Below are positions 17,265 to 29,130 of a stretch of DNA of 64,000 bases, in pieces. Each line of letters opens with the position of its first letter. Positions within the stretch are counted from its first letter, which is position 1. Location: assembly GCF_009914755.1 (NCBI RefSeq), contig NC_060925.1; one strand, given 5' to 3'. Under the pieces are notes generated by a model that was not told the origin of the DNA, ran no database searches, and saw only the letters and a program-made list of their open reading frames with translations. The stretch comes from the human T2T-CHM13v2.0 reference genome, Homo sapiens. The position numbers were made by a program, and so were the translations under genes.

Positions 17265-17830
17265 TGGCTCATTGACCTTCAAATCTTCCTTCAAATGATG
17301 CCTTTTCAGTGTGGTCTTCCCCGGCCTCCCTATCTAAAATTGCAAACCCACAAGCATACCCTATCACCATTCCCTGATTTATTTCTTATCTTCAACAGTT
17401 AATATTGCAGGATATGCTATATATTTTACTTACTTTGCTATTGCCTGTGAAACTCCACTATTCATTTAACAAAACTCATGTGCTTTAACTACTTTACAAA
17501 TATCAGCTCATTCAATCCTCACAATGGCTATAAAAGAGAATACTACTATTGCTCCTTTATATAGATGAGGACACTAAGGCACAGAGAGGTTAGATAGTAT
17601 GTCCAAGGTCACACAGCTCACAAGTGGCAGAGTTATGACATGATCCCAGGAATCTGCCTCCTGAGTTCTTATTCACACCCACTGTACTGTTCTGCCCATA
17701 CAATGTGAATTGCACAAGGGCAGGGGTTTACCTGTTTGATTCATTGCTGTATTCTCAGTGCCTAGAATAATACCTGGCATACCATGGTGCCCAATTAATT
17801 ATTTGTTAAATTAAAAAATGAAGGAATGGT
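17265..17830 (+). mobile_element. L2 3' end interrupted by an antisense MIR (about 17470-17690)
   Basis: L2 motifs tcaaatgatgccttttcagtg and tail cctagaataatacctggcatacc...tttgttaaat flank MIR core atagatgaggacactaaggcacagagaggtt. Confidence 0.7.
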
Positions 17831-18389
17831 TAAACAGAGCTTATTGTATTCCACTTCTTTAAAGCTCTTCATCCACAGATACTACACATAGACAGCCACT
17901 CTCCATTAAGCAAATCTCCGGATTATAGGAATCCAGAGGGACAGGTGGAAAGAGCACGGGCTTTGGTGTCAGCAAAAACAGGGGAGTCAAAATCCCAACT
18001 CAACAATCACACGTAGTATTACCTGAGCTGTGTGACTGTAACAAATTCACCTCATCTCTTTCAGCCTTGGTTACCTCATCTTTACAATGGAGAAAATAGT
18101 GTGTTCCTTGTAGGATCATGTCTTATGGTGAAAGGTAAATGTAGATAAAGGGCCAGCACAGAGCAGGTATCAGTAAATATCAACTCCCTCCTACATTGGG
18201 AAGGGATGGAGGGAAGAGAAGTGAACTTCATCTCTTTTGCTGAGCAAGCACTTATTTTTCAGAGTGAATATATCAGGATTAGGGTAGGGGAAAGCAAAGA
18301 GGATCAAGAGATGGAAAAATTTCACTTTTCTCCTCTACTACAATTAAGACTGGAACAATGTCAGCCTAAATGAACAATCTATTTCTTTG

Positions 18390-18445
18390 CATTCCCAGAT
18401 AAAGTCATATTGACGTCACTCTTTTCTCATCTGTTATCTTATTAA
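18390..18445. promoter_or_regulatory. Candidate enhancer motif cluster: full CRE plus GATA sites and E-box
   Basis: TGACGTCA at 18411-18418, AGATAA at about 18397, CATCTG and TTATCT at about 18428-18439, in non-repeat sequence. Motifs only. Confidence 0.3.
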
Positions 18446-21230
18446 ATTTGGTTTCCTATAACATAAAACACTGGCTCTTCTGAAGTAGTTTTCCATATTA
18501 TTGAGCAGGCAGGGGGATTTCAATCTATCTTCCACCAGAAAACAAAGTCTGCTTTTAATTAGGGAGGACAAAGGTACACATCTCACATTCAAGTTGCCCA
18601 TTCTTCCTAATTTGTAGGCTTAGCTCTTAAAACTCTAATTATTTGTCTTACTTTTAAGACTGTTTCCTTCTAGTCTTAGTCAGAGATTCTAATGTGAAAC
18701 TAAGAGTCCCAGGCTCAACAAGTTATTTCTGCTTTCTGGATTTGGTGAGCTCCTTGACATCAGATTTGCACTGGAGACTTCCACAAATGACCACCAGAAA
18801 GATGTTTCTCTTTCTGCAGGAGGAGGCCCCAGGTCCTACTGTATGCTCTGTCCTCTTTCTGGGGCCCTTCTGCTGCTCACACGTGAACATTGCATGGCAG
18901 CCCCAGTCAATTAATTCTAAATCTCTGAACCAACGCTCAATCTTTGCACATGCTATTCTTTCCTCCTGGAACACCCTTCCCTTACCTCCTCTGAGCACAG
19001 AGACCAACTTGATCCTCAAGATTCAATGTGGATCTTCATCTGGGATGACACCTCTGAGGGGCCTCTGAGGTGTTCCTTCCTAGCATATCACCTTTCTTAT
19101 AATCTCCAAAAGTTCATGCTTTTCTCTGTGAGCTCCTTCAGAGTAGGCACTGTGTCATTCATTTAAGTATGTTTAAGCCTCACATAGGCCTGGTTTATAG
19201 CAAGTTCTCAGTGAATGATTTAAAGAGACATGCCAAAATTTAACCTTGATGTTCCAATGAACAGGGAGCGGAGTTCTCAACAGAAAGCAGTAGGATGGGG
19301 GGGATGGGGTGTTGACGGTTTCCTGGGGGACCCTTTGGGCTAATCTGATCCAGCCCCCTTTATTCTGAACATGATGAAATGGCAGCTTAGGGACATCCCG
19401 GAGGCTGCAAATGTTGTTGGCAGAGCTGAGGTTTTCTGATTCTCAGTCCAGTACTCAGCCATGATATCAGGGTGGCCCTCACCCTCATGAGGCAGCTGCA
19501 ACAAAGACACAGACGATGGAGTGGGGAAAGCCATCGAGGGACAAGAGACAAACTGGGTTTGAACAGAAATCACTGGAGTGAGGCCTGCTGTCTTGGCAGC
19601 AGACTGCCTGGCAGACTGGAGGTTGCTAATGGCAAGAAACCCACAGGGAGGATGATGGGGAAGAGCTCTGGGATGGCAGACTTGAGCTTTGTGGGTCAGA
19701 CCCATTGGCCTGAGTCAGCACAGGAACCAGGAGAAAGCGACACAAAACCGCCCTCAAATCAAAGGATTCTTACTCTTTGCAGCTGGCCATCTGGCCAGAT
19801 GTTAAGAAAAGTAGACCTTGCAAAAACTCTCTAGTAAGAGGAAGTGGTTTGAATTTCCTCCTTAAAGGAGGATGCTTCATTTAAATAGAATTCAGTGGAA
19901 TTAAGTGCAAGAGGGAAGCACACTGAGCCCTCTGCTTGGACCTTGAAATTGACTTCTTGCAGCAAAGAAGGATCCAGAAATGACTTCCCAGGGAACTAGA
20001 GGATGATTTTTACCAAAGGATCTCAACTAGGGTAGGAATGGATATAACGGAACATGCTTCCACCTATTGAGCACCTGTTCTGTGCTGGATGCTTAACTCA
20101 GTTAGTCCTTCTGACATTCTCACCAAATCCCAGTAGAAACTCAGGCCCTCGGAAGGTAAGTGATTTACCTTACAAAGAACACACAGCCAGGCAGATCTAG
20201 CCCTGAGATGAACTCCACCAGACTGCTGTATGAAAGTTTGCTCCCAAAGCCAGCCAACGCTCTTAGAACTCTCCGGGCCTCAGTCTAAGGGAGCTTCTCT
20301 TATCTGTGAGCTAACACTCACCAGCCTGTCCCCTCCTCTGCTTTGCAAAGCTCAGTTTTGCACAGCTAACTTCTTTAGTAGCTTAGAGAGATCAGACCAT
20401 AAGTGCCCTGAGAAAAGGAGCTGGTTCCATTTATCTCTGTCTTCTTGGTACCAACTCAGGCAAGTGCAAGGGATCACAGAGATGTTTGGAAAATAATGCC
20501 TTCTCCTGTACCAGGGTCTTTCTGAGTAGTAGCTCATCTTACTCTTACACCAAATCAATGGGGTAGGTGATGTCATCTCCATGTTTGAGATGGGGAAACT
20601 GAGACCCTTGAAGGGATTGATTTTCTTCAGTATGTTGTTTGATTGCCTTTTAAAAATAAAGGTATTTTCTGAGCATGATGTAGTTAAGATATTTTATGAT
20701 GCTTTTGTGCAAAAGTGTCAGGTTTATGTGTTTTTCTAAATCAAATAAATCTGGCTTGCCACCTCCACCCCCAATTTGGTAGGAAATTCTATCTGTTATA
20801 TGGGGTAGGGGTTGCCCCAAATCCTGGGGACTTACGAGGAATGGAGTTTAAGATAAGGGTCTGTCTTTAGTCTTCAGCATAAAGATGTCCCAACTATAAG
20901 GGTGACATTAACAAGCTTATACTTCTGAATCCTTCATTGCACAGGCTTCTTCTGAGGGGGATCCTAGCAATGTGTCCATGCTGTCAGATATTATTATAAA
21001 ATTTGCCAAAATAGAATATTTTAGTCTCTAAGAGTGAAGATTGCCATCTCCTTCCACTCCCACATTGTCTCCATCACACTTCCCCTCCTGCTGAGTAACG
21101 GAGTGGCCATAGGCATTTTGTATTTGTAATTGTTTTCTGAAAGAAAGCTCTCCAAATTGTATATGCTTCAATATCCTGGCCACTGAGATAGACATTAAAG
21201 CCTTAAGCAATAAAAAGGAAAAAAAATCCA

Positions 21231-21664
<434 letters not shown>

Positions 21665-22304
21665 TTATACATTGGCTCACCTAGAGAATTTTCTTTAGGA
21701 TAACAGATTCTCTTTATTAAAATATATCTGTCCTATATTCAAAAGTCTGTAGCCAAGGGGGATTGTATGAGAATGGAGAGTCTACATCTACTCCTGCTGT
21801 GCTGTGCTGTGCCCCATTTAAAGGGGACAGTTCTCCTAGCCCTCCTGCTGTGCTAGTCAAAGGCCAAGGGCAGCTTTCCCTGTAACTGCTAGAACCACAA
21901 CTCTGCATGTGAAGTCTTTTGGCTTTTTCTTCTGCTTTTCCAGAGGTTCTGCCCCTCCTGGGTTGGGATGCTCTATGGTAGTAGGATGCAGCTCCCCATC
22001 TTTGGAAACAGCAGCCACTGTAGTTTATTTTGCCATCTTGGAGAATCCCTGCCAGATACGGGCCATTCCACCTTTTCAACCTTAGCACCAGTCTTGGCCT
22101 ACCCTTCTCCTTCTGGAATAATGGATCTCTCTTTAAGCAGAGTAATAAGGGAGAGGATATGTAAGCATTGTTCAGACCGTCAGAAAGACAAGAGTGTCCT
22201 CCTTCTCTTGGAGAGTTTGAAAAGGACATTCTTGCCATGGAATATAAGCAAGCAGACCAAAAACTAAACATATAAGCCAACGGCACAAAAACACCATTCC
22301 TTTT

Positions 22305-22559
22305 TTAAAAAAAAATTTATTTTAAGTCCCGGGACACATGTGCAGGACATGCAGGTTTGTTACATAGGTAAACATGTGTCATGGTGGTTTGCTGCACCTA
22401 TCAACCCATCACCTAGACATTAAGCCCCGCATGCATTAGCTATTTATCCTGATGCTCTTCTTCCTCCAAACCCCTGACAGGCCCCAATGTGTGTTGTTCC
22501 GCTCCCTGTGTTCATGTGTTTTCATTGTTCAGCTCTCATTCATGAGTGAGAACACGTGG
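22305..22559 (-). mobile_element. Short 5'-truncated L1PA 3'UTR insertion
   Basis: Antisense L1 3'UTR (catgtgcaggacatgcaggtttgttacataggt...); TSD acaccattcctttt at 22291-22304 and 22560-22573 at a TTTT/AAAA endonuclease site. Confidence 0.93.
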
Positions 22560-23289
22560 ACACCATTCCTTTTTAAAAAATCACCTGTCTTGGTATCAAT
22601 CTTACTGGGAGCTTAAAGACACCACTTTACAAAGACATTGAGAGGTTTGTGTTAGGGTCATCGTTTTACCTGTGAGTTTAGCAGAGGATGCTGAGGCTAG
22701 AAAGAAAACACCCAAGGAGAAGGGCACACAGCTGGAGGGGAGTGTGCTGCTGCTCTGCCCAGATGCGTCTGACTCCACTACCCAGGAGTTTCCTTTCCCC
22801 ACACTGGGAAGCATTGTTCGTAGATGAACAGCCTTCCTGGAAGAGGTGACACTTGAGCTAAGTCTTAAAGAACAGAAGGCTTTCTGCTGGGTAACAGTGG
22901 TGGGAAGGCCATGATTGAAAAGGGTTAAAAAGTGTAGATGCTTTTGTAAACACAGCCAGGCAACAGGGTCAAGCAACAGGGGTGAGGCCAGTGGTGAAAC
23001 AGCAGACGTGGTGGATGTGGTTGTTTTTAGTCTCTTGGATGAAGTTCAAAGCAAAAGTCCCTGATATCCCCTGGAGAGAGAACATCCAGGTTGTGTTCCT
23101 GCCCAGAGCCGAGTAAACAGGATTATTGGAACCTGCTGTGGCCTCAGCTGGACACACTGGCTGCAGCCTGGCTGGCGCAGAGGGAGAGAGTGACAGGAAA
23201 ATGGCTGAGATTAGGAACCGCCCTTGCCTCTGGACTTGGGTCTCTGAGGAAATGCCTCTGTTGGGATAACCTGTCTTGGGCACTTGGAA

Positions 23290-23600
23290 TCTGTATTTCA
23301 GGTCAGAAAATATGCATAGCCTTTGACCCACCAATTCCACTTCTAGGAATACAAGAAGGAGAAATAGTTGCTGATGTGTGAAAAGATATATGTACAAGGA
23401 TGTTCAACGTAGTATTGTTGATAATAAAAAAAAATTGGAAGCAACTTAAATATCTCAGGAAACTTATAGTACATCTATATGACAGAAAAATTTTAGCCCT
23501 TAATAATCATGTGGTAAAAGACTATTCGTTGATATGAAATATTTAGAATATTTTGCCAAGTTAAAAAAAGGTTATAAGACAGTATGCACCACCTGCTCTC
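23290..23600 (+). mobile_element. Old L1M (L1ME-like) 3' fragment
   Basis: ctttgacccaccaattccacttctaggaat...acaaggatgttcaacgtagtattgttgataat...ttggaagcaacttaaat. Confidence 0.7.
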
Positions 23601-23609
23601 AATTATGTA

Positions 23610-23850
23610 ACTATTTATCATGATGACATTTACTGAACACTTGCCATGTGCCAGCCGTGGCTCTAAGCAGTTTAAACATATTTGATTGTGCAACAAGTTT
23701 ATGAAGAAGATTTCTTATTATCTCTATTTTACACATAAGGAGACTGAGACACAGAGTGTTTAAGTAATTTGTCTAAAATCACAGCAGTAAGTGGCAAAAC
23801 CTGCACGTGAACAAAGCATTCTAGCTCCAGAGCCCAAATGCAAACAACTA
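23610..23850 (-). mobile_element. MIR SINE (donor of the insert in the Alu at 21.27 kb)
   Basis: catttactgaacacttgccatgtgccag...ctattttacacataaggagactgagacacagagtgtttaagtaatttgtc. Confidence 0.8.
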
Positions 23851-24409
23851 AGTTGCCATACTCTCTTCCTATGTGTGTCCACGTTTCTGTGGTTTCTTTG
23901 ATTTTCTTTCTCTTTCTTGGAGACTTTACACCCAAACGTTAGCTGTGTGTTAAGTAATCCCCTTGTAGGGCAAGAGCAGATAAATATTTTCATGATGGAA
24001 GTGAATGTTGCAGCCAGTATAGGCTCCAAAGGACATTTACACCTTGACTACAGAGAACACACTGCATGCCACTTAAGATCTTGTACAGGACAGACACAAG
24101 CAGTTCCCCAATTCACTTATTCAGCAAAATAATGATTAAGTGCCAGTTCTGCACAGGCTCTGTTCTAGGCTCTGAAGATTCAGCAGTAAGGCAAGGGACA
24201 CAAGGCCAATTCTCCAATAAGACTTCCATCCTCATGGGGGAAGCAGGGAGGTAACCAGTAAATAAAGAGCCAAGAAAAATATTAGCTGGAGTTCAGTGTT
24301 CTGTAGAGTACTACAATTGGAATGGTGCCATAGGGTGGGATCATGGGCTTAGGAAGATGACCTTTAAGAGGAGACATTTGAGCTAAAACTTGAATGACCA
24401 GCAGTAGAG

Positions 24410-24412
24410 ACA

Positions 24413-24465
<53 letters not shown>
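24410..24465. repeat. (CA)n microsatellite within an antisense L2
   Basis: Direct inspection; long near-perfect CA tract. Confidence 0.95.
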
Positions 24466-24467
<2 letters not shown>

Positions 24468-24849
24468 GGTGGCAGGGAAGCAAATCCAGCAAAATGTTGA
24501 CATTTGGGAAATCTGGATGAAGGGTACAACACAATTTTTTATATAAGTGTTGTAACATTTCCATAAGTCAAATAATTTTGGAATACAAAGTTAAAATATG
24601 TCAAAATAAATATATTACAAATACAAACAATCACTCTACATCTAAGGAAATAGAGTTGGTAGAGCTTGCTGGTGAATGCCATGTGGTGGGTGAAGAAATC
24701 AAGAGGAAGTAGATGATGCTGGCGCCTTTGACTAAAGTAGGGTGAGGCTGAGGTATGAGGTATGGGGAGAAAAAGCAAACATCCTTTTCTTTGACCCAAT
24801 AGTCAGTTTGCAAACTACCATACACTTATCTTCTCAGTGGGTCTTCTCC

Positions 24850-25114
24850 TTTTTTTTAGAGATGGAGTCTTGCTCTGTTGCCCAGGCTGGAGTGCAATCT
24901 CGGCTCACTGCAACCTCCGTCTCCCGGGTTCACGTCTTCTCCTGCCTCAGCCTCCAGAGTAGCTGGGACTATGCCCGGCTAATTTTTTGTATTTTTAGTA
25001 GAGATGGGGTTTCACCGTGCTAGCCAGGATGGTCTCGATCTCCTGACCTCGAGATCCTCCCACCTCGCCCTCCCAAAGTGCTGGGATTACAGGCGTGAGC
25101 CACTGCGCCTGGCC
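24850..25114 (-). mobile_element. Alu (Y/Sc-type diagnostics) with two small internal deletions
   Basis: tagccaggatggtctcgatctcctgacctc; TSD agtgggtcttctc at 24836-24848 and 25115-25127. Confidence 0.92.
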
Positions 25115-26919
25115 AGTGGGTCTTCTCTTACCCTCCTTTGAATCAGGTAGGATTTTTTACTGATGAAGAAACTGAGACCAAGAGTGGGGAAATGATTGTA
25201 TGTGGTGTCATGGTGACTGAGTAGCAGAGTTAGGTGCCAAAGTCAGATCTTCTGAATCCATGAAACTAACAATCCCCAAGGCTAAGTGACAGGAGATACA
25301 TCATGTATATTTTCCGCTGCTCTAAAGTAGAATAAATGTTGAATAGGCTGGGCAATAATTGGCCCGTGGAAGACGCAGGTAACTCAATCTGACTATGTTG
25401 TAGAGGGTTGGTTGTAACACTCTCTTTCTTAGAAACTATCAAGGATTCCCAGTAACCCATGAACCATTTTAGTTCCCAAGAGATAGTACAATGCTGTAGA
25501 CTGCAACTTGACTTACTGTGATGCTAAGTTATTATTCCATTTTTATTATTTTATAATTATTATTAAAAATAGAGGTAAACCACCTACTCCTCTCAAAAGG
25601 TAGTTAGGAGAATCAGCATCCAAAGGAAATACTGCAAATGAAAGGGTTTGTGGTCTTCAACACTCGGTTAGACGAGCTCCTGTTGGGGTCTTAGGGTCAT
25701 GTTCATTATCTCTGAGTACATTGCAAGTGCTTCAGGTTGCCTTTGGAGGTCACTCCTGTGACTGGCTCAGCTTCTGCCAATTTGGAGACCAATTTAAAAT
25801 TCCAAGACATCAACAAAACAAACCCAGGATCTTAGAGAAAGGGAGTATCAACTAACACTAAAGTAGTACCTGCTAAGTGCAATTTAGTGACATTTATCAC
25901 TAAGTAGCACCATTTGACCCCCCACTCCAACAGCCTCTTGAGGGAGCCCCATTAACTCAGTTTTAAAAGAGGAGGAAACTAAGACTTGAAGTATTAAGCA
26001 ATGTGGTCCCATGCTAGCAGTGAGCCTACAATGTCTAAGCCAGAGCTTGCACCCCTTTCATGGCACTACATGGCCAAATAGGCCCTTTCTGGTCCCAGAG
26101 ATGAAGGTTAACCAATGTGCAAAAATAAGTTGCCTTGGAATCCACCCTGCTTACAGGTCCTCATTACCCTAAATCAATGATCTGCACGATTTCATTGGGA
26201 TGGTATGTGTGCTTGATTTATATTGGCACAGATCAAGCCATAAATTGTGCCTATGGACCCATCAAAGTCTTTTCTCACATTGAAGATGTTTATAGAAACA
26301 GGAAACATGGCCTTTGCATGAACATACTGGTCCTCTCTATGTCAACGTCATCATAAATAGACGTATCCAGGATCTCTGCCTGGACTGTTTTCCATAGATA
26401 CTCAGCAAACCCATGAGCTAGGTCGTTATTACCAAGGAGGAACAAAGAGACCCTCCCTTGTTCCTAGAACTTATCCTGACAAGAGGCCCTCTTGAGTGAA
26501 GACCAGAAAAAATGCCATGGCCCACATTCCACCCCTCTCTGTTGTTAGCAGCAGTGCCTGGTCCTTTAAGATGTCCCCCCATTCTTACAGCTTTGAACTT
26601 CAGGCTCCTAACCTGGGAATCCAGAGTTGTAGAGCTATTCTTTGCTTCTTGTAAAATGAATCTACTCTGTGGACTCAAAACACCTTCAGTCTTACTGTTC
26701 TTCCCAGTTTGCAAAGCTGTCCCACCCTTTATCACAATGGACTCTGGCAAGACTCTATAAGGGGGGCTCTTGTCAGTATCTCATTTTGCAGATGAAAAGA
26801 ATGAGGCAGAGAGAGAGACAGAAGGGTCTATTACTCGACTTTGAATTTCTCACACAGCTGGCATTAAATTCCTCTTCTCAAGAAACTTACAAGTAGTTGT
26901 AGATTATTATCACCAGAGC

Positions 26920-27600
26920 TGTCAATATCTGTATCTGCAAGAAACTGCCAGAAAACAGCCAGTATACCTGTAAAGGGTTCAAGCTAAATAGAATTTATAA
27001 AGACACTATTACAGAGATATAGGCAGAGTTAGGGACTGGCACCCAGGAACTCACAATAGCAGGGAGCCGTTAGCACCTGCGATGGGCTGAATCATGTTCC
27101 TCCGAGACTCACAAGTTGAAGCCCTATCCCCCAGTACCTGATAATGTGACTGTATTTGGAGATAAGGTCTCCATATGATAATTAAATTAAAATGAGGTCA
27201 TTAATGTGGGCCCTAATTCAGTATGACTGGTGTTCTTATAAGAAGAAGAAATGTGGACACAGATATGTAGAGAGGAAAGACTATGTGAGGACACAGAGAG
27301 AAGATAGAGGCCTCAGAAGAAACCAATCCTGTCAACATCTTGAGCTCAGATTTCCAGCCTCCAGGGCTGTGAGAAAATAAATTTCTATTGTTTATGCACC
27401 CAGCCTGTGATATTTTGTTATGGCAGCCCTAGTAAACGAACACATTCCCTTCTAATCTTGAAAGTCAGAGAGAGGAATTAATGGCTCACCCCTCTCCTCC
27501 CAGCCTCTGATCTCCTGCTAAGGCTTCCCATGGGCTGAACCCAACTGAAAACCAGATAAGGGTACAATTAGGATAGGATCACAGCAAGAGCTCTGGATAA
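26920..27600 (-). mobile_element. LTR33-like ERVL solo LTR split by an MLT1B insertion
   Basis: gaatttataaagacactattacagagatataggcagagttaggga before, and cctctgatctcctgctaaggcttcccatgggctgaacccaact after, the MLT1B. Confidence 0.55.
27078..27444 (+). mobile_element. MaLR solo LTR, MLT1B-like
   Basis: TG...CA ends; gatgggctgaat...aatgtgactgtatttggagataagg...aataaatttctattgttt...tggcagccctagtaaacgaacaca. Confidence 0.85.
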
Positions 27601-27614
27601 GGGCTAAGCAGATT

Positions 27615-28010
27615 CTTTCATTCATTCAACAAATATTCATCAAATACCTGGTGCAATTGTACCAGGAGCTATTCTGGATGCTGTGGATATAAAGATAAAT
27701 AAGATAGAGTCCCTTGTCTTCAATGGTCACAGTGTGACATAGAAGGAAGATTCTGCTATGTGTTCTACTATGTAAGTGCCCCACTGTACAATGTAGATTA
27801 CATGCTGATAATTGCTGTTTGAGCATGATGCTATGACTGCAAAGAGGAGGGGTTACTCACTCAGTCAGGGTGGCAGGAAGACGGCCACAGAGGAAGTACA
27901 CTCTAGTTGCCCCTTGAAGGATGTGCTAGATTTTACGGAGAGATGGAGGGGAAGGTCATGCTGGGTGGAAGGACATGCAAAGACCCAGGGATGTGTAAAG
28001 TGAGGAATCC
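27615..28010 (-). mobile_element. L2 3' end (antisense)
   Basis: ttcattcattcaacaaatattcatcaaatacct... is the reverse complement of the L2 tail. Confidence 0.75.
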
Positions 28011-28980
28011 CTTTGGAAAGAGAGGCTGAAAGATAGACGTAAACCCTATGTAGTTAAAATCACTTCCTAACTGTGCCACCTCACAATGCTATGCTGTCTG
28101 TGTTTGGGGCACTAATTTATACCTGTTGGCCACATGGTTCAGTGGCAAGAACAGGGTTCTAGAGCCTTGGGCTCAAAGTCCATTGCCAGCAACTGTTCAC
28201 CATGTGTGGCTTAGGCAAGACACTCAACCTTTCTGAGCCTTTGTTTTCTCTCTGGTCAATTAATCAGCCAGCATTATTGTGTGTCTTCTCTGTTCCAAGC
28301 CTCAAAGCTATAGAGATGCTTGGTGCTGCCCTTGGGAACCTATAGTGGCGGAGGAGGCAGACTCTACACTGAGCCCCTCTGTGCATATGGAGTGGCTTCC
28401 AGGGCTGGGCTCAAAGTGCTCTGGGAACACACAGGTTAACGCACTTCCTCCATACTTCCCAGGGATTTGGAGGGAGTTTGGAGAAATAACAAAACAGGAA
28501 ATGCTTGTAAGCTGCTTCTATTATTGGGTGGCAGTCATGGTTGCTGACATTTAGGTGAGGGTTGTTTCGTTTAGGCATTCTCATTGCACTCCTTCATCAT
28601 CCCTGCCTTTGCACCTTGGCTCACACTATGTCCACTTTATACTTCTCTGACTGTGTAAATCCTATCCATCTTCATGGTCAAGGTCCAGACCCAACTTCTC
28701 CAGGAATCTTGTCCAGAGCATCGCAGGCCATAGAAATAACACCCTCCTCTTAACTCTGCTACATTTGCAGGCTCATTAGGCATTTATGCATTAGTAAAAG
28801 ACAGTTTTGTGCCATTCCAAGAGTGGTCTAAAAACTATCTGGATCAGAGAATTCTGGAGCTGGATGAGACCTTAAAAGGCCATCATCAAGCCTCTAGTCT
28901 TATTCCAAGCTAGTACACATGGCAACTAGAGTGAGCATCCTATAATACAGATTGGAGCATATGTCTCTCCTACTTTAAAC

Positions 28981-29130
28981 AAGGTGACTCTGCAATTGAT
29001 TGCCCAAATGGGGATACTTTCGAGGGTGAAAGGCAATGCTGTTATTATAATGCTTGGACAACAGTCCTAAACTAGGATGACACCAAGGGCTAAACTAGGA
29101 TAACACTAAAATTTGGGCACATAGTCCCTG
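28981..29130. mobile_element. hAT-Blackjack MITE, MER94-like, inside an L2
   Basis: aaggtgact...cccaaatgggatactttcgagggtgaaagg...ggacaacagtcctaaactaggat...atagtccct resembles recalled MER94. Confidence 0.6.

Noticed and set aside
21717-22286. 189-aa minus-strand ORF
   Set aside because: No recognisable protein motif, non-ATG start, and no supporting promoter or splice structure.
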